Source: Candidatus Calescibacterium sp.
GTDB taxonomy: Bacteria > Calescibacteriota > Calescibacteriia > Calescibacteriales > Calescibacteriaceae
Direction of reading: 5' to 3'
Length of the DNA stretch: 64,000 nucleotides
Assembly (NCBI GenBank): GCA_025060505.1
Contig: JANXBU010000003.1
Span: 138,001-202,000, forward strand
Of the stretch, positions 9,193-19,330 are shown piece after piece (position 1 is the first letter of the stretch; each line of letters begins with the position of its first letter). The notes under the pieces were generated by a model that saw only the letters and a program-made list of their open reading frames with translations, was not told where the DNA came from and made no database searches. Position numbers and translations under genes: made by a program.

Positions 9193-10763
9193 TGGAAGAA
9201 AGGACAAGCAGATTATATAGTTATTTTATCAGAAGTATTGTTCCAGTTCTACCAATTATACCTATGATCTTTCTCCCAAAGGTTGATAATCTTTTGTACT
9301 ATATATCTATTACATTTTTGCTTTTTTTATTCTTTGCTGTTTCCTTTATTTTGATAAGATTTGATAATCTGTTGCTTTTCGGAATTTTTATATTTTTGTA
9401 TTTCTTCGTTTTAGGTCTGATATTTTTGAGTTTTTGGATCACAAAAATGCATTTAACTTTTATAGTTATTCTTATGATTTCTCTTCTGGTTCTATCTATT
9501 TTAGCTTCATTTTTTGTTTGTATCTATGTTTATCCTCCTTTAGGTAGGATGCGAACCTCGAATCAAACAGAAGTCTACTCAAGATTTGAACAAGATCAAC
9601 AAGAAGAAAAAAGTAGTTTGGATTCAGAAATATCATATTTGAAAAGCAACTTTTCTATAATATCAGATGATATAAGTGGTTCAGTTGAACCAAGATTGAA
9701 ATCTCTTCTGGACTCTCTGGATCAGGCTAAGAAAGACATAGAGAATGCGTATCATAAATATATCAATCTATCTATGCATATTTCAGAATTATATGATATT
9801 TTAAATTTTATGAAGAATAAGCTTAGCTACTCCTTAAATCCTATAAAGAGAACTATATCTATACTTGCGAAATACTCTGATAGTTTTTCAAATTTCAATT
9901 TATCTGTAGATAAAATAAAATACTTCTCTTTCTCTCCAAGCTACATTGAAATGTATAAAAGTAATATAGAGGAACTTCGTGAAAGGACTAAAAGATTGGA
10001 ATCTGTATTGGAATATATATCTAGTTTTGCAAAAGATTCAAATTCTGAGACCAAAGATCTAAATCTATATTTTCTTATCTTTTCGATAAAGCCTTCTATT
10101 TTAGAATTTCTAAGAATTCACTATAGCTCTTATGTTGTTTCTCTCAAAACGGTTCAGATAGCAAGTACATCTGGAAGTAGTTTTGTGAGGAAATCCCTTC
10201 TTGCAATAATACAAGATATAGATAGTCTATCTTTTAAGTTGAACGTACAGCTAACCAATGTTCTTCAAGCTTTCTCTGAGTTTGAACCTTACTTATCTTT
10301 GTTTGAGTTAAGATTGGGAGAAAATCTCAAAAGATCTACTTGGCTTAAATCGAGTATACGCCGTTTGAGAGATATATATTATGGTTCTATTTCAAAAAGA
10401 TTACCGGTTTTCGAAGACAAATTCTTGAACATTTCAGAAATGTTTATTTCCGGAGGCTCATTTCAGGATATAGAGCAGATAAAGTCAGAAGCAGAAGGAT
10501 TTGTAGATAGGTTTGAAAAGCTAAAAATTTTCGTTTCATCAATGCTTTCTGACTTCGTTGAAATGGAAAAAGAATTTGAGAATATTCCAAAAGAGATAGA
10601 TATTGTTATTTCTGGTTTGCAAAAATACAAAGTCATAGTTGATGACACAATTTCAAAAATTGATAAATTAAGAAAAGATATCCCCCGTGTTCCACAAGAA
10701 ATTCTAACTTCAAAAAGAGTGCTTTCTGATATAAATAAGTTCCTTTCAGAAACAATGATTTGA
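9189..10763 (+). CDS. polytopic membrane coiled-coil protein; probable distant paralogue of the preceding gene
   Basis: ATGA start/stop overlap with the upstream ORF. 4 N-terminal TM helices, then ~400 aa of K/E/S/I-rich helical sequence. Confidence 0.6.
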   Translation: MMEERTSRLYSYFIRSIVPVLPIIPMIFLPKVDNLLYYISITFLLFLFFAVSFILIRFDNLLLFGIFIFLYFFVLGLIFLSFWITKMHLTFIVILMISLLVLSILASFFVCIYVYPPLGRMRTSNQTEVYSRFEQDQQEEKSSLDSEISYLKSNFSIISDDISGSVEPRLKSLLDSLDQAKKDIENAYHKYINLSMHISELYDILNFMKNKLSYSLNPIKRTISILAKYSDSFSNFNLSVDKIKYFSFSPSYIEMYKSNIEELRERTKRLESVLEYISSFAKDSNSETKDLNLYFLIFSIKPSILEFLRIHYSSYVVSLKTVQIASTSGSSFVRKSLLAIIQDIDSLSFKLNVQLTNVLQAFSEFEPYLSLFELRLGENLKRSTWLKSSIRRLRDIYYGSISKRLPVFEDKFLNISEMFISGGSFQDIEQIKSEAEGFVDRFEKLKIFVSSMLSDFVEMEKEFENIPKEIDIVISGLQKYKVIVDDTISKIDKLRKDIPRVPQEILTSKRVLSDINKFLSETMI

Positions 10764-10843
10764 TCGCAAGTTACGAGGGATTTGATTCAAATTTATACTT
10801 GTGATAGAACAAAATCAAATTAGTAATTCATAAAATTTTTCGT

Positions 10844-12943
10844 ATGAGAAATGTATTCAAATTATTTTTAATTCATCTGATTTCTGCTTCAATATTTATT
10901 TCTTGTAGTAAGGAATCAAGTACAGAAAATGAAGTAATTCAAAGGTTCAAAGAGATCTCATATGGTAAATCTAAGTTGAGCTTTACAGAATTTGCTAGAA
11001 TGGGAGGATATCAGGATATTCAGGAGACAGAACTTGAAAGATTCACATCTAAGTTTTCAGATTTTCCTTTTGAAAGAGATGATGAGAAAAATTATATAAG
11101 GTTTAGAGTTAAACTCAAAGATATTTCTTTTGACTATAGAAACGACGTTCTGCCATTTGCTGAAATATCTGCTGTTTGTGAAGATGGAGAGAGATTCTTT
11201 GGTTTTGGTGAATGGGCTGATTATGCAGATGCAACGGGATTGAAAAGGGAAATTTGGACACAAGAACAGCACGCTGGAAGAGGAGATGATCAGCTGACAC
11301 CATTTCCTTTTGACAGAATAACAACTTACTTTCCCGTACCATTTTTTATATCCTCTGAAAATTATGCTTTCTTCGTTTCAGGATATTCAAGAATGGAGTT
11401 TTCCATGTGCCAAAATGAAAAAATATGGAAGGTTAAAGTTTTTTCAGATGATTTTGAGTTCTTTATATTCACGTGGGATAAACAACCAACAGAAGCAATA
11501 GAGAAATTTACCTCAATTGTTGGAAGACAAAAAACTCCTCCTATATGGGTTTTTGGTAATTGGACTGATCAGGTTCTCGGACAACAGGAAGTTTATAATA
11601 CTGCTGTTTGGTTCAGGCAAAATAAAATCCCTGTTTCTGTGATATGGACAGAAGATTGGGCAGGAGGAGTTTGGAGGATTCCAGATACCATATACTCAAT
11701 AGCTGGTTGGGATATAGAGGAGGATAAAAATTTATATCCAGATATAAAACAGCTTTCCTCAGATCTAAGAAATCTCGGTTTCAAGTTTCTTGGTTATTTT
11801 CATACTTTTTTGGCGGTTGACAAAAAGTTTTATCCACAGGCTCTGACTTATGGGATACTTTTGAAAGATAAAAATGGTAATGTAAGGAAATATTTCCATC
11901 CTGTTGAGGGCGAAACAACGCTTCTTGATCTACTTAATCCAAGAACATATGAAGTTATGAATGACATTATGAAAATGAAAGCGGGTTTGGGTTTTTCTGG
12001 ATGGATGGCGGACTTTGGTGAGTGGGTGACACCGGATCTTGTATCCTACGATGGAAAGACCGGATGGGAATTTCATAATTTATATCCTTACCTGTGGGCT
12101 AAGCTCAATAGAGAATTCTGGGAAAAATATCAGCCAGATGGAGATTTCGTTTTCTTTTCCCGTTCTGGTTTTACTGGCTCTTGGGTTTTTTCTCCGGTTG
12201 TTTGGCAGGGGGATCAAAATACTTCTTTTGAAAGGTTTGACGGTCTTGGTTCAATAATCCCTTCAATGACATCTATTGGTATCGCAGGGGTAGCAAATGT
12301 TGGACCAGATATAGCAGGTTATACAACTCTTCTTGGGAGTCCTGCTAGCAAAGAACTTTACATAAGATGGACATCGATATGTGCTTTTGTTCCGGTTTTT
12401 AGAACTCATCATGGAACAACTCCTCTTCTGAACTGGCGATTTGATAAAGATAGTGAAACAACAGAGCTATTTCGTTTTTATGCAACAGAACATATGAAAA
12501 TTGTTCCCTATATCTACAAGTTATCAAAGCTCGCTGAGGAAAAAGGATTACCCGCCGTAAGACACCTGTTTTTGGAATATCCAGATGTGGTAAGATATCT
12601 ACCGGAGAAAATAGAAGTTATAGAGCAGCAGTTTTTACTTGGCGATTCTATTTTAGTTATACCAATAGTTGAGAAGGGTAAAGATACTCGTGAAGCTTTC
12701 TTACCACCAGGAAAATGGGTTGATTACTTTTCACCTCAACAGGAATACGATGGAGGATCTGATGGTAAGTTTTTAGAGTTCAAGATTCCTCTTGGAAAAA
12801 TTGTAGTTCTTGTCAAAAAGGGTAGTTGTATTGAAATTTTCGAACCTGTGCCTCATACTCTTGTTCGAATTTCACAGGATATAAAGAATCAATATGGCAT
12901 TTTGGATATTGATGATGTATCTGTGAAGCGGCTTTGTTTTTGA
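10844..12943 (+). CDS. glycoside hydrolase family 31 (alpha-glucosidase/alpha-xylosidase-like) lipoprotein
   Basis: Lipobox-like IFISC. GH31 blocks WTEDWAGG, GWMADFGEW, WQGDQNTSF and FRTHHG. Confidence 0.8.
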   Translation: MRNVFKLFLIHLISASIFISCSKESSTENEVIQRFKEISYGKSKLSFTEFARMGGYQDIQETELERFTSKFSDFPFERDDEKNYIRFRVKLKDISFDYRNDVLPFAEISAVCEDGERFFGFGEWADYADATGLKREIWTQEQHAGRGDDQLTPFPFDRITTYFPVPFFISSENYAFFVSGYSRMEFSMCQNEKIWKVKVFSDDFEFFIFTWDKQPTEAIEKFTSIVGRQKTPPIWVFGNWTDQVLGQQEVYNTAVWFRQNKIPVSVIWTEDWAGGVWRIPDTIYSIAGWDIEEDKNLYPDIKQLSSDLRNLGFKFLGYFHTFLAVDKKFYPQALTYGILLKDKNGNVRKYFHPVEGETTLLDLLNPRTYEVMNDIMKMKAGLGFSGWMADFGEWVTPDLVSYDGKTGWEFHNLYPYLWAKLNREFWEKYQPDGDFVFFSRSGFTGSWVFSPVVWQGDQNTSFERFDGLGSIIPSMTSIGIAGVANVGPDIAGYTTLLGSPASKELYIRWTSICAFVPVFRTHHGTTPLLNWRFDKDSETTELFRFYATEHMKIVPYIYKLSKLAEEKGLPAVRHLFLEYPDVVRYLPEKIEVIEQQFLLGDSILVIPIVEKGKDTREAFLPPGKWVDYFSPQQEYDGGSDGKFLEFKIPLGKIVVLVKKGSCIEIFEPVPHTLVRISQDIKNQYGILDIDDVSVKRLCF

Positions 12944-12985
12944 TTTTAAGCTGTTGTATGTATTTCAGGTTTGTTTTGAGCTGTT

Positions 12986-14146
12986 TCATATAATTCCATC
13001 CCAAGCTTTTTCAAGAATTTCTATGATCGCTTCTTCCATTATTGCGAATCTTGGATTTGATATTATTGAGGGATCACCAATAGAGAGTTCGGCAATTTTT
13101 TTGAAATCTTCCTTCTTTACTATTTTTGTTTCTTTCAGAGTTGTTGGTAATCCGATTTTCTTTATGAACTCAACGATTTTCTCAATGAGTTTTTTTCCTG
13201 CTTTTTCCGGATCTGATTCATTTATTCCGATGGATTGGGCAATGAGTTTATATCTTGGACATTCAGGTAGGTTAAAGCTCATACCGTAGGGTAGCATTAA
13301 GGAGTTCGCAAGTCCGTGTGGTATTCCGTATATTGCTCCAAGAGAGTGAGCTATTGCGTGAACTACGCCAACTTGAGCGTTTGTAAAAGCTGCACCTCCC
13401 ATCATTGCTGCAACTTGCATGTTCTGCCGGGCTTCTATATCTGATGGATTTTCAAGAACTCTTGGAAGATTTTCAAAAATTATTTTTATTCCATGAAGAG
13501 CAAATGCATCTGATACTGGATTATTCACTGTTGAGTGTATGGATTCTATGCAGTGTGTTAGGGCATCCATGCCTGTGTGTGCAGTAACACTATGAGGCAT
13601 TGAAATGGTCAAAGTTGGATCAAGTATAGCCACTGATGGCATAAGATAGAAATCTGCATAGACGAGTTTTCTCTTTTCTTCTTCATCTTTTATGACAGCA
13701 ACATGTGAAACTTCGGATCCAGTTCCAGCTGTTGTTGGAACTGCAATGTGTGGAACTGTTTCCTTTGAAAGTAAATATACTCCGGGATGATCTTTTATTT
13801 TTCCACCTTTTTCGTAAAGTATGCATACTGCTTTTGCTGTGTCTATTGATGAGCCTCCTCCAACACTTATGATGCTATCAACACCGTTTTCCTTTGCTAT
13901 TCTGTAAGCTTTATCTACAATAGAACACTCAGAGTCTGGTTTTACCTCGTCAAATATTATATACTCTCTTCCATCTAAAACCTCTTCAACTTTTGATATT
14001 ACATTTGTTTTTTCTTTCAGTATCTTATCTGTTACTATCATGGGTTTTTTACTCTTTGTTCTTTCAAGTTCAAGGGGTATTTCTCTTACCATGTCTTTGC
14101 CAGAGATTATTTTTGTTCTCAGGAAGAATACAAAAGACTTTTCCAT
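12986..14146 (-). CDS. iron-containing (group III) alcohol dehydrogenase
   Basis: GGGSSIDTAK, and metal-binding His blocks HTGMDALTHCIES and HAIAHSLG. Confidence 0.85.
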   Translation of the reverse strand: MEKSFVFFLRTKIISGKDMVREIPLELERTKSKKPMIVTDKILKEKTNVISKVEEVLDGREYIIFDEVKPDSECSIVDKAYRIAKENGVDSIISVGGGSSIDTAKAVCILYEKGGKIKDHPGVYLLSKETVPHIAVPTTAGTGSEVSHVAVIKDEEEKRKLVYADFYLMPSVAILDPTLTISMPHSVTAHTGMDALTHCIESIHSTVNNPVSDAFALHGIKIIFENLPRVLENPSDIEARQNMQVAAMMGGAAFTNAQVGVVHAIAHSLGAIYGIPHGLANSLMLPYGMSFNLPECPRYKLIAQSIGINESDPEKAGKKLIEKIVEFIKKIGLPTTLKETKIVKKEDFKKIAELSIGDPSIISNPRFAIMEEAIIEILEKAWDGII

Positions 14147-14325
14147 ATCTGAACCTCCTTCTTGTTTTTATTTATATTATTTCTTGGATGAAATCATTAG
14201 GAATTTTTGACTTAAAATTTATAGTATTGTTTAAATTCTTGGAAACTTTTAAGTTCGGGATATAAGATTCAATAAGATTCAAATTTTAAGGTTCATGTTT
14301 CAATTTAAGATTCACTACAAAATAT

Positions 14326-14724
14326 TTACTTCCAAATACTTTCTATTTTGTCTTTTAGTGTAGAAGGTTTGAAGGGTTTTACTATATAGTCTGAGACTCC
14401 TTCTTTTATTGCTGTTATAACTTTCTCTTTTTCTGCTTCTGCTGTTACCATTATTACTGGCGTGTTTTTATATACATCTGTTTTTCTTATTTCTCTTAAT
14501 ACATCAATACCCTGCATTCCGGGCATGTTCCAGTCAAGAAATACTAGATCAAATTTTTCTTCGCGCAATTTTTGAAGAGCATGTATTCCATTTTCAGCAT
14601 CTTTGATATTATTGTATCCAAGTTTCATAAGTATGTCCTTTATGATGTTTCTTATCATAGGAGTATCATCTACTACCAGGATCTTAATATCTTTTGGAGG
14701 CATTGGCATATATTCATTAAACAA
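14326..14724 (-). CDS. single-domain CheY-like response regulator
   Basis: ILVVDD, phospho-acceptor context LVFLDWNMPGM, VIMVTA and KPF. The true start may be an internal Met (MPMPPKD). Confidence 0.85.
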   Translation of the reverse strand: MFNEYMPMPPKDIKILVVDDTPMIRNIIKDILMKLGYNNIKDAENGIHALQKLREEKFDLVFLDWNMPGMQGIDVLREIRKTDVYKNTPVIMVTAEAEKEKVITAIKEGVSDYIVKPFKPSTLKDKIESIWK

Positions 14725-14833
14725 ATTAAATTTTAATTATCTTTGCAGGCTGAAATTTTTTATCAGATTCATTTAATCGTCTTTTAACTAATTATTCTTT
14801 ATATTCTTAATTTCGTTTATATTTCTTTTATTT

Positions 14834-17524
14834 ATGCTTTTTAGGAAGAACTTTGATCTTGTTCTTGTTGATGGTTCATCTCAGTTTTATAGAGCTTTTC
14901 ATCAGCTCAGGACACTTATGAATTCACTGGGTATCCCAACCGGTGCTGTTTTTGGTTTTTCAAACATAATACGCAAGATTCTAAGAGAATTTTCCCCGAG
15001 ATATATTGCAATAGCTTGGGACTCTCACGAGAAGGTAAGAAAGGAGAAGTTTGCTGAGTACAAGGCAAAAAGACACCAGATGCCAGACGATCTGAAGGTT
15101 CAGATACCATATTTAAGAAGGCTAATAGATGCTTATGGGATCCCGAATTTTGAACTTGAAGGTCTTGAAGCAGATGATGTTATAGCTTCTTTGCTCTACA
15201 AAATGAAAAGCTTAAAGCCAGATATCAGGACTGTTATTGTTACTTCTGATAAAGACTTGATGCAGCTTGTAGATGAAAATACATTTTGCTATGATCCGAG
15301 AGCAGATGAGAAGAGTAATCCATTTTATGGAGTTAAAGAAGTAAAAGAAAAGTTCTTTGTTGAACCATATCAGATTCCAGATTATCTCGCTCTCGTTGGA
15401 GATACATCAGACAATATTCCCGGAGCAAAGGGTGTGGGACCAGAGATTGCTAAAAATCTTCTGAGCAGATTCAGAACTGTTGAGGAAATATTCGATTCTC
15501 TTGAAAAAATTGAGCCAAAATACAGAAGGATACTTATTGGGCAGAAAGAGTCAGTTCTTATGTACAAGTCCTTAACAAAACTCAAAGTTTTTGATATGGA
15601 TATAAATCCGGAGAATCTTGAACTCAAAAAGATTGATTACGACACGATCATTGAGATTTTCAGGGAGCTTGAATTCTCTTCATATCTGAAAGAGATTTTT
15701 GAGGAAAAACCAGAGAAGTTCTCAAAGATAGATAAAACTAAGTTCTATTTTGTAGATAGTCAGGAAAGATTTGAGGAACTAAAAAGTAAAATTGAAAAAT
15801 ACAAATTGTTTGCTATTGATACGGAGACAACATCTACTAATCCAGTTGCTGCTGAACTTGTTGGTGTATCTATTGCCTTTGAAGATGGGAGCGCATACTA
15901 TTTTGATCTTAGAAACTCTAAAGATTATCTCCTTGGTCTGAAGGATTATTTTTTGAATCCGGAATACAAGAAAGTCGGGCAGAATATAAAGTATGATATA
16001 GTTGTTCTGAAAAATTTCGGGCTTGAGCTTTTAGGAGTAAGTGATGATTCAATGATTCTGGCTTGGATTATCAATCCGGATAGAACGAAATTGAATCTTG
16101 GGGAGCTAACACTTATTTATCTCGGGCACAAATCAACTGAATACGATGAGATTACTGCTGGTGGAAAGATACCTTTTCAGAATGTACCGAGAGAAAAAGC
16201 AAAAGATTACTCTTGTGAGGATGCCTTAACTTCTTTGAAACTTGTGCAAAATCTTAAACCAATTGCCAACCAGAAAGGGCTTATCTTACCGTATGAGAAA
16301 ATTGAGATGGAAATTGTGCCAGTTCTTGCAGATATGGAACTTTCTGGTGTGAAGGTTTCAAAAGAAGTTCTGCATAGTTTTGGTGAAACTCTGAAGAAAA
16401 TTATAAACGAGATTTCTCAGGAGATATATAGTACTGCTGGTGTGAGATTCAATATAGATTCTCCTCAGCAGCTTTCAGCTGTTCTTTTTGAAAAGCTTAA
16501 GATACAGCTTGAAGAAGTCAAAAGAACAAAAAAAACAAAGTCTTACTCAACAGATAATGAAGTTCTGCAAGATATAGCGGATCGTGGCTACAAGATTGGA
16601 GAACTTCTTCTGAAGTACAGAACGTTGAAGAAATTACTGAGTACATATATTATGCCTATTCCAGCTATTATAAACCCCAGAACAGGAAGGGTTCATCCAT
16701 CTTTCAACCAAACTAAAACAGCGACTGGTAGAATATCATGTTCTGATCCGAATCTTCAGAATATTCCGGCAAAGGGAGAGGAGGGCTCAAAAATAAGAGA
16801 AGCTTTCTGTTCAGATGAGGGGAATATTCTTGTTTCTGCGGATTATTCTCAAATAGAGCTCAGGGTTATGGCTCATTTTTCTGGCGATACTCTTTTGAAG
16901 AAAGCTTTTGAAGAAGATCTTGATATTCACACAGAAGTTGCATCTGCAATATTGAAGGTTCCAAGAGAGAAAGTTGGCAAAGATGAAAGGAGGCTTGCAA
17001 AAACCGTGAACTTCGGTATAATATATGGAATAAGCGCTCACGGCCTTAAAACTCAAGCAAAGCTTGATTCCAGAGAAACAGCTCAGAAAATAATAGACTT
17101 ATACTTTGAAAGATTTCAGGCTGTAAGAGAATGGAGAAATAAAACAATAGCCGAGGCTGAGAGAAACGGATTTGTCAGAACCATATCTGGAAGGATAAGA
17201 TATGTTCCGGAACTTAGATCTGAAGATAAAAATATCAGGGGCGAGGGTGAAAGGAAAGCTGTAAATACTCCTATTCAGGGAACATCTGCTGATATAATGA
17301 AAGTTGCTATGATCAATATATGGAATAGATTGAAAAGAGAAGAACCGAAAGCAAAGATTGTTATGCAAATTCATGATCAGATAATAGTTGAGTGTCCGGA
17401 AGACAAAGCAGATTCGGTTTCAAAAATACTCCAAGAAGAAATGAGAGTTGAGAGTTTTTTTGGCTTCTCTGTTCCTCTGAAGGTCAAAGTAAGTATAGGC
17501 AGAAACTGGGCTGAATTTGAATGA
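14834..17524 (+). CDS. polA: DNA polymerase I
   Basis: 5' nuclease domain (LVDGSSQFYRAFH), 3'-5' exonuclease motif AIDTETTS, and polymerase motifs DYSQIELRVMAH, RRLAKTVNFGIIYG and QIHDQIIVE. Confidence 0.95.
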   Translation: MLFRKNFDLVLVDGSSQFYRAFHQLRTLMNSLGIPTGAVFGFSNIIRKILREFSPRYIAIAWDSHEKVRKEKFAEYKAKRHQMPDDLKVQIPYLRRLIDAYGIPNFELEGLEADDVIASLLYKMKSLKPDIRTVIVTSDKDLMQLVDENTFCYDPRADEKSNPFYGVKEVKEKFFVEPYQIPDYLALVGDTSDNIPGAKGVGPEIAKNLLSRFRTVEEIFDSLEKIEPKYRRILIGQKESVLMYKSLTKLKVFDMDINPENLELKKIDYDTIIEIFRELEFSSYLKEIFEEKPEKFSKIDKTKFYFVDSQERFEELKSKIEKYKLFAIDTETTSTNPVAAELVGVSIAFEDGSAYYFDLRNSKDYLLGLKDYFLNPEYKKVGQNIKYDIVVLKNFGLELLGVSDDSMILAWIINPDRTKLNLGELTLIYLGHKSTEYDEITAGGKIPFQNVPREKAKDYSCEDALTSLKLVQNLKPIANQKGLILPYEKIEMEIVPVLADMELSGVKVSKEVLHSFGETLKKIINEISQEIYSTAGVRFNIDSPQQLSAVLFEKLKIQLEEVKRTKKTKSYSTDNEVLQDIADRGYKIGELLLKYRTLKKLLSTYIMPIPAIINPRTGRVHPSFNQTKTATGRISCSDPNLQNIPAKGEEGSKIREAFCSDEGNILVSADYSQIELRVMAHFSGDTLLKKAFEEDLDIHTEVASAILKVPREKVGKDERRLAKTVNFGIIYGISAHGLKTQAKLDSRETAQKIIDLYFERFQAVREWRNKTIAEAERNGFVRTISGRIRYVPELRSEDKNIRGEGERKAVNTPIQGTSADIMKVAMINIWNRLKREEPKAKIVMQIHDQIIVECPEDKADSVSKILQEEMRVESFFGFSVPLKVKVSIGRNWAEFE

Positions 17525-17579
17525 TGGATTTGTGGAATAAATTTGATGATGAATTTTTGCTCGTGCTTTCTTGTTTATC

Positions 17580-18203
17580 TTAAATGATTAAGGAATTGAA
17601 TACACTCATTGCTTTCTCAACGCTTTCGTTTATAATTGTCTCAACAGCTTGGTATGCGGCTTCAAGTATTCTTGGAATTTTTTCCATTTCGTTTTTTGAG
17701 AATTTTGAAAGAACATAATCAACCGTATCTGTTTTTCTTACATTTTTTTGTTCTCCTATGCCAAGTCTTATTCTTATGTTTTCTTTGCCTATATTTTCTA
17801 TTATTGATTTAACTCCATTATGTCCGCCAGAGCCCCCGTTTCTGTATATCTTTATTCTTCCAAAGGGTATGTCCAGATCATCGTGGCATATCAAAGTTTC
17901 TAGCTTTGATTCCGGATTTTTTCTCATCAGAAGATCTAGGAACTTTTTAGCTGTTTCTCCTGATAGATTCATAAAGGTTTTTCCCTTGAAAACATATAGT
18001 TCTTCTTTGAGTTTATTCGTGTGCAGATATTCTCCGAACTGAATGCTTATAAATCTCTCAGATAATTTTTGACATATGTGATCTGCAAGCAAAAAACCAA
18101 AGTTGTGTCTTGTGTATTTGTAGTTTTCTCCCCAGTTCCCAAGGCATATTAGTACGAATGCTTTTTTGTTTGGTTTATTGTTTTGATTTTGAGGGTTTTC
18201 CAC
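17580..18203 (-). CDS. pth: peptidyl-tRNA hydrolase
   Basis: YTRHNFGF, MNLSGE and GGHNGVKSI. Confidence 0.85.
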   Translation of the reverse strand: MENPQNQNNKPNKKAFVLICLGNWGENYKYTRHNFGFLLADHICQKLSERFISIQFGEYLHTNKLKEELYVFKGKTFMNLSGETAKKFLDLLMRKNPESKLETLICHDDLDIPFGRIKIYRNGGSGGHNGVKSIIENIGKENIRIRLGIGEQKNVRKTDTVDYVLSKFSKNEMEKIPRILEAAYQAVETIINESVEKAMSVFNSLII

Positions 18204-18206
18204 TAC

Positions 18207-19325
18207 TTACTGAGTCATTCCATTTTGTTCTATGTTCACAACACTTGATCTAAGCCATCCGATATTTTTGCCATCTGTTACCTTGACCCATTCGTTTTGT
18301 TTTTCAAGTATCAATACTCTCTGACCGCCGGAAATTCTTCCTGCCTGAGCAGCTGTTGAGGAGGGTCTATCTCTCAGAACAACAGATGTATATCTTGATG
18401 TTATATATCCATAAACTTGTATTTCTGCTCTTGGTCTTTCTGGTGGAATCTGTGTTATCATTTCTTCTTCCTTTGGTGGTTCAGGTTTTCTTCTACCTGT
18501 TGTTCCGTTCATTGCTTTTGGAATATCTCCTATTATTGTGATTCCAGCTACTATTGATTGGAAGTCTTTGAACCTTTTTCCAAGATGCGTTGGAATTTTT
18601 ATCATTGGTATCTCTGCTGATATAAAACCTATTTCCGCGCTTCTTTCTATATCATACGGAGTTATGAGTAATCTTGATTTTATTCTTTTCATTATCTCAG
18701 AGGAATCTCTTGCTGCCCTGTATGAAAACTCTTCTGTATCTGATTTTTTTATCATAAGCTTGTATTTTATGCCAAACTCATCTGTAAAATATTTCAGGCA
18801 CGGAGAGTATATAGATGAGTCCGGTGGTATGATTGATACAAAGGTGCTCAAATCAGTAAAGAACCTATCTACCTCTGCAAAAAAGTCTGAAAGACGTTTT
18901 TCGTAAAATTGTTCTGAGAAATCCGGAGATAGTTTTCTCAGGAGTCCAGACAAAACAGTAGCTGTTCTTCTCACATATTCTTTGTTCAGAATAAAGCAGT
19001 TTGAGCTGTTGTGTAGCTGTATGTACTTTGATATATCAATGTGTCCTTGCTGTCCCTCTAATATTTTGGGATTTGTTGCCTCCCATAGAGCTTGAGAGAG
19101 CCATTTTCTTTCAAAGGTTCCTGTGTGTATAAATACATCTGCTCTATTGATAAGTCTTATGTGGAAATCCTGAGGGCGAAAATCTGTTCCTTTTGTTTCT
19201 GTTTCATCTACAAGATAATATATCTCGTGCGAGGGATCAGCAACAGCCTTTGTTATATAGTAGAGATCATAATTTGATGTGACTATTACAGCTGATAGTA
19301 TTGTATTTGTAATCAACCAAATCAT
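18207..19325 (-). CDS. TroA/ZnuA-like periplasmic-binding-fold protein with a Pro-rich linker and C-terminal SH3b-like domain
   Basis: Collinear by eye with ZnuA-type SBPs (ADVFIHTGTFERKWL, SPDFSEQFYEKRLSDF, YSPCLKYFTDEFG). The C-terminus reads QRVLILEKQNEWVKVTDGKNIGWLRSSVV. Confidence 0.45.
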   Translation of the reverse strand: MIWLITNTILSAVIVTSNYDLYYITKAVADPSHEIYYLVDETETKGTDFRPQDFHIRLINRADVFIHTGTFERKWLSQALWEATNPKILEGQQGHIDISKYIQLHNSSNCFILNKEYVRRTATVLSGLLRKLSPDFSEQFYEKRLSDFFAEVDRFFTDLSTFVSIIPPDSSIYSPCLKYFTDEFGIKYKLMIKKSDTEEFSYRAARDSSEIMKRIKSRLLITPYDIERSAEIGFISAEIPMIKIPTHLGKRFKDFQSIVAGITIIGDIPKAMNGTTGRRKPEPPKEEEMITQIPPERPRAEIQVYGYITSRYTSVVLRDRPSSTAAQAGRISGGQRVLILEKQNEWVKVTDGKNIGWLRSSVVNIEQNGMTQ

Positions 19326-19330
19326 AGCTT

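Noticed and set aside
14262-14310. Short AAGATTCA-containing direct repeats between cheY-like and adh
   Set aside because: The units are only 8-10 nt in very AT-rich DNA, which is easily explained by chance.
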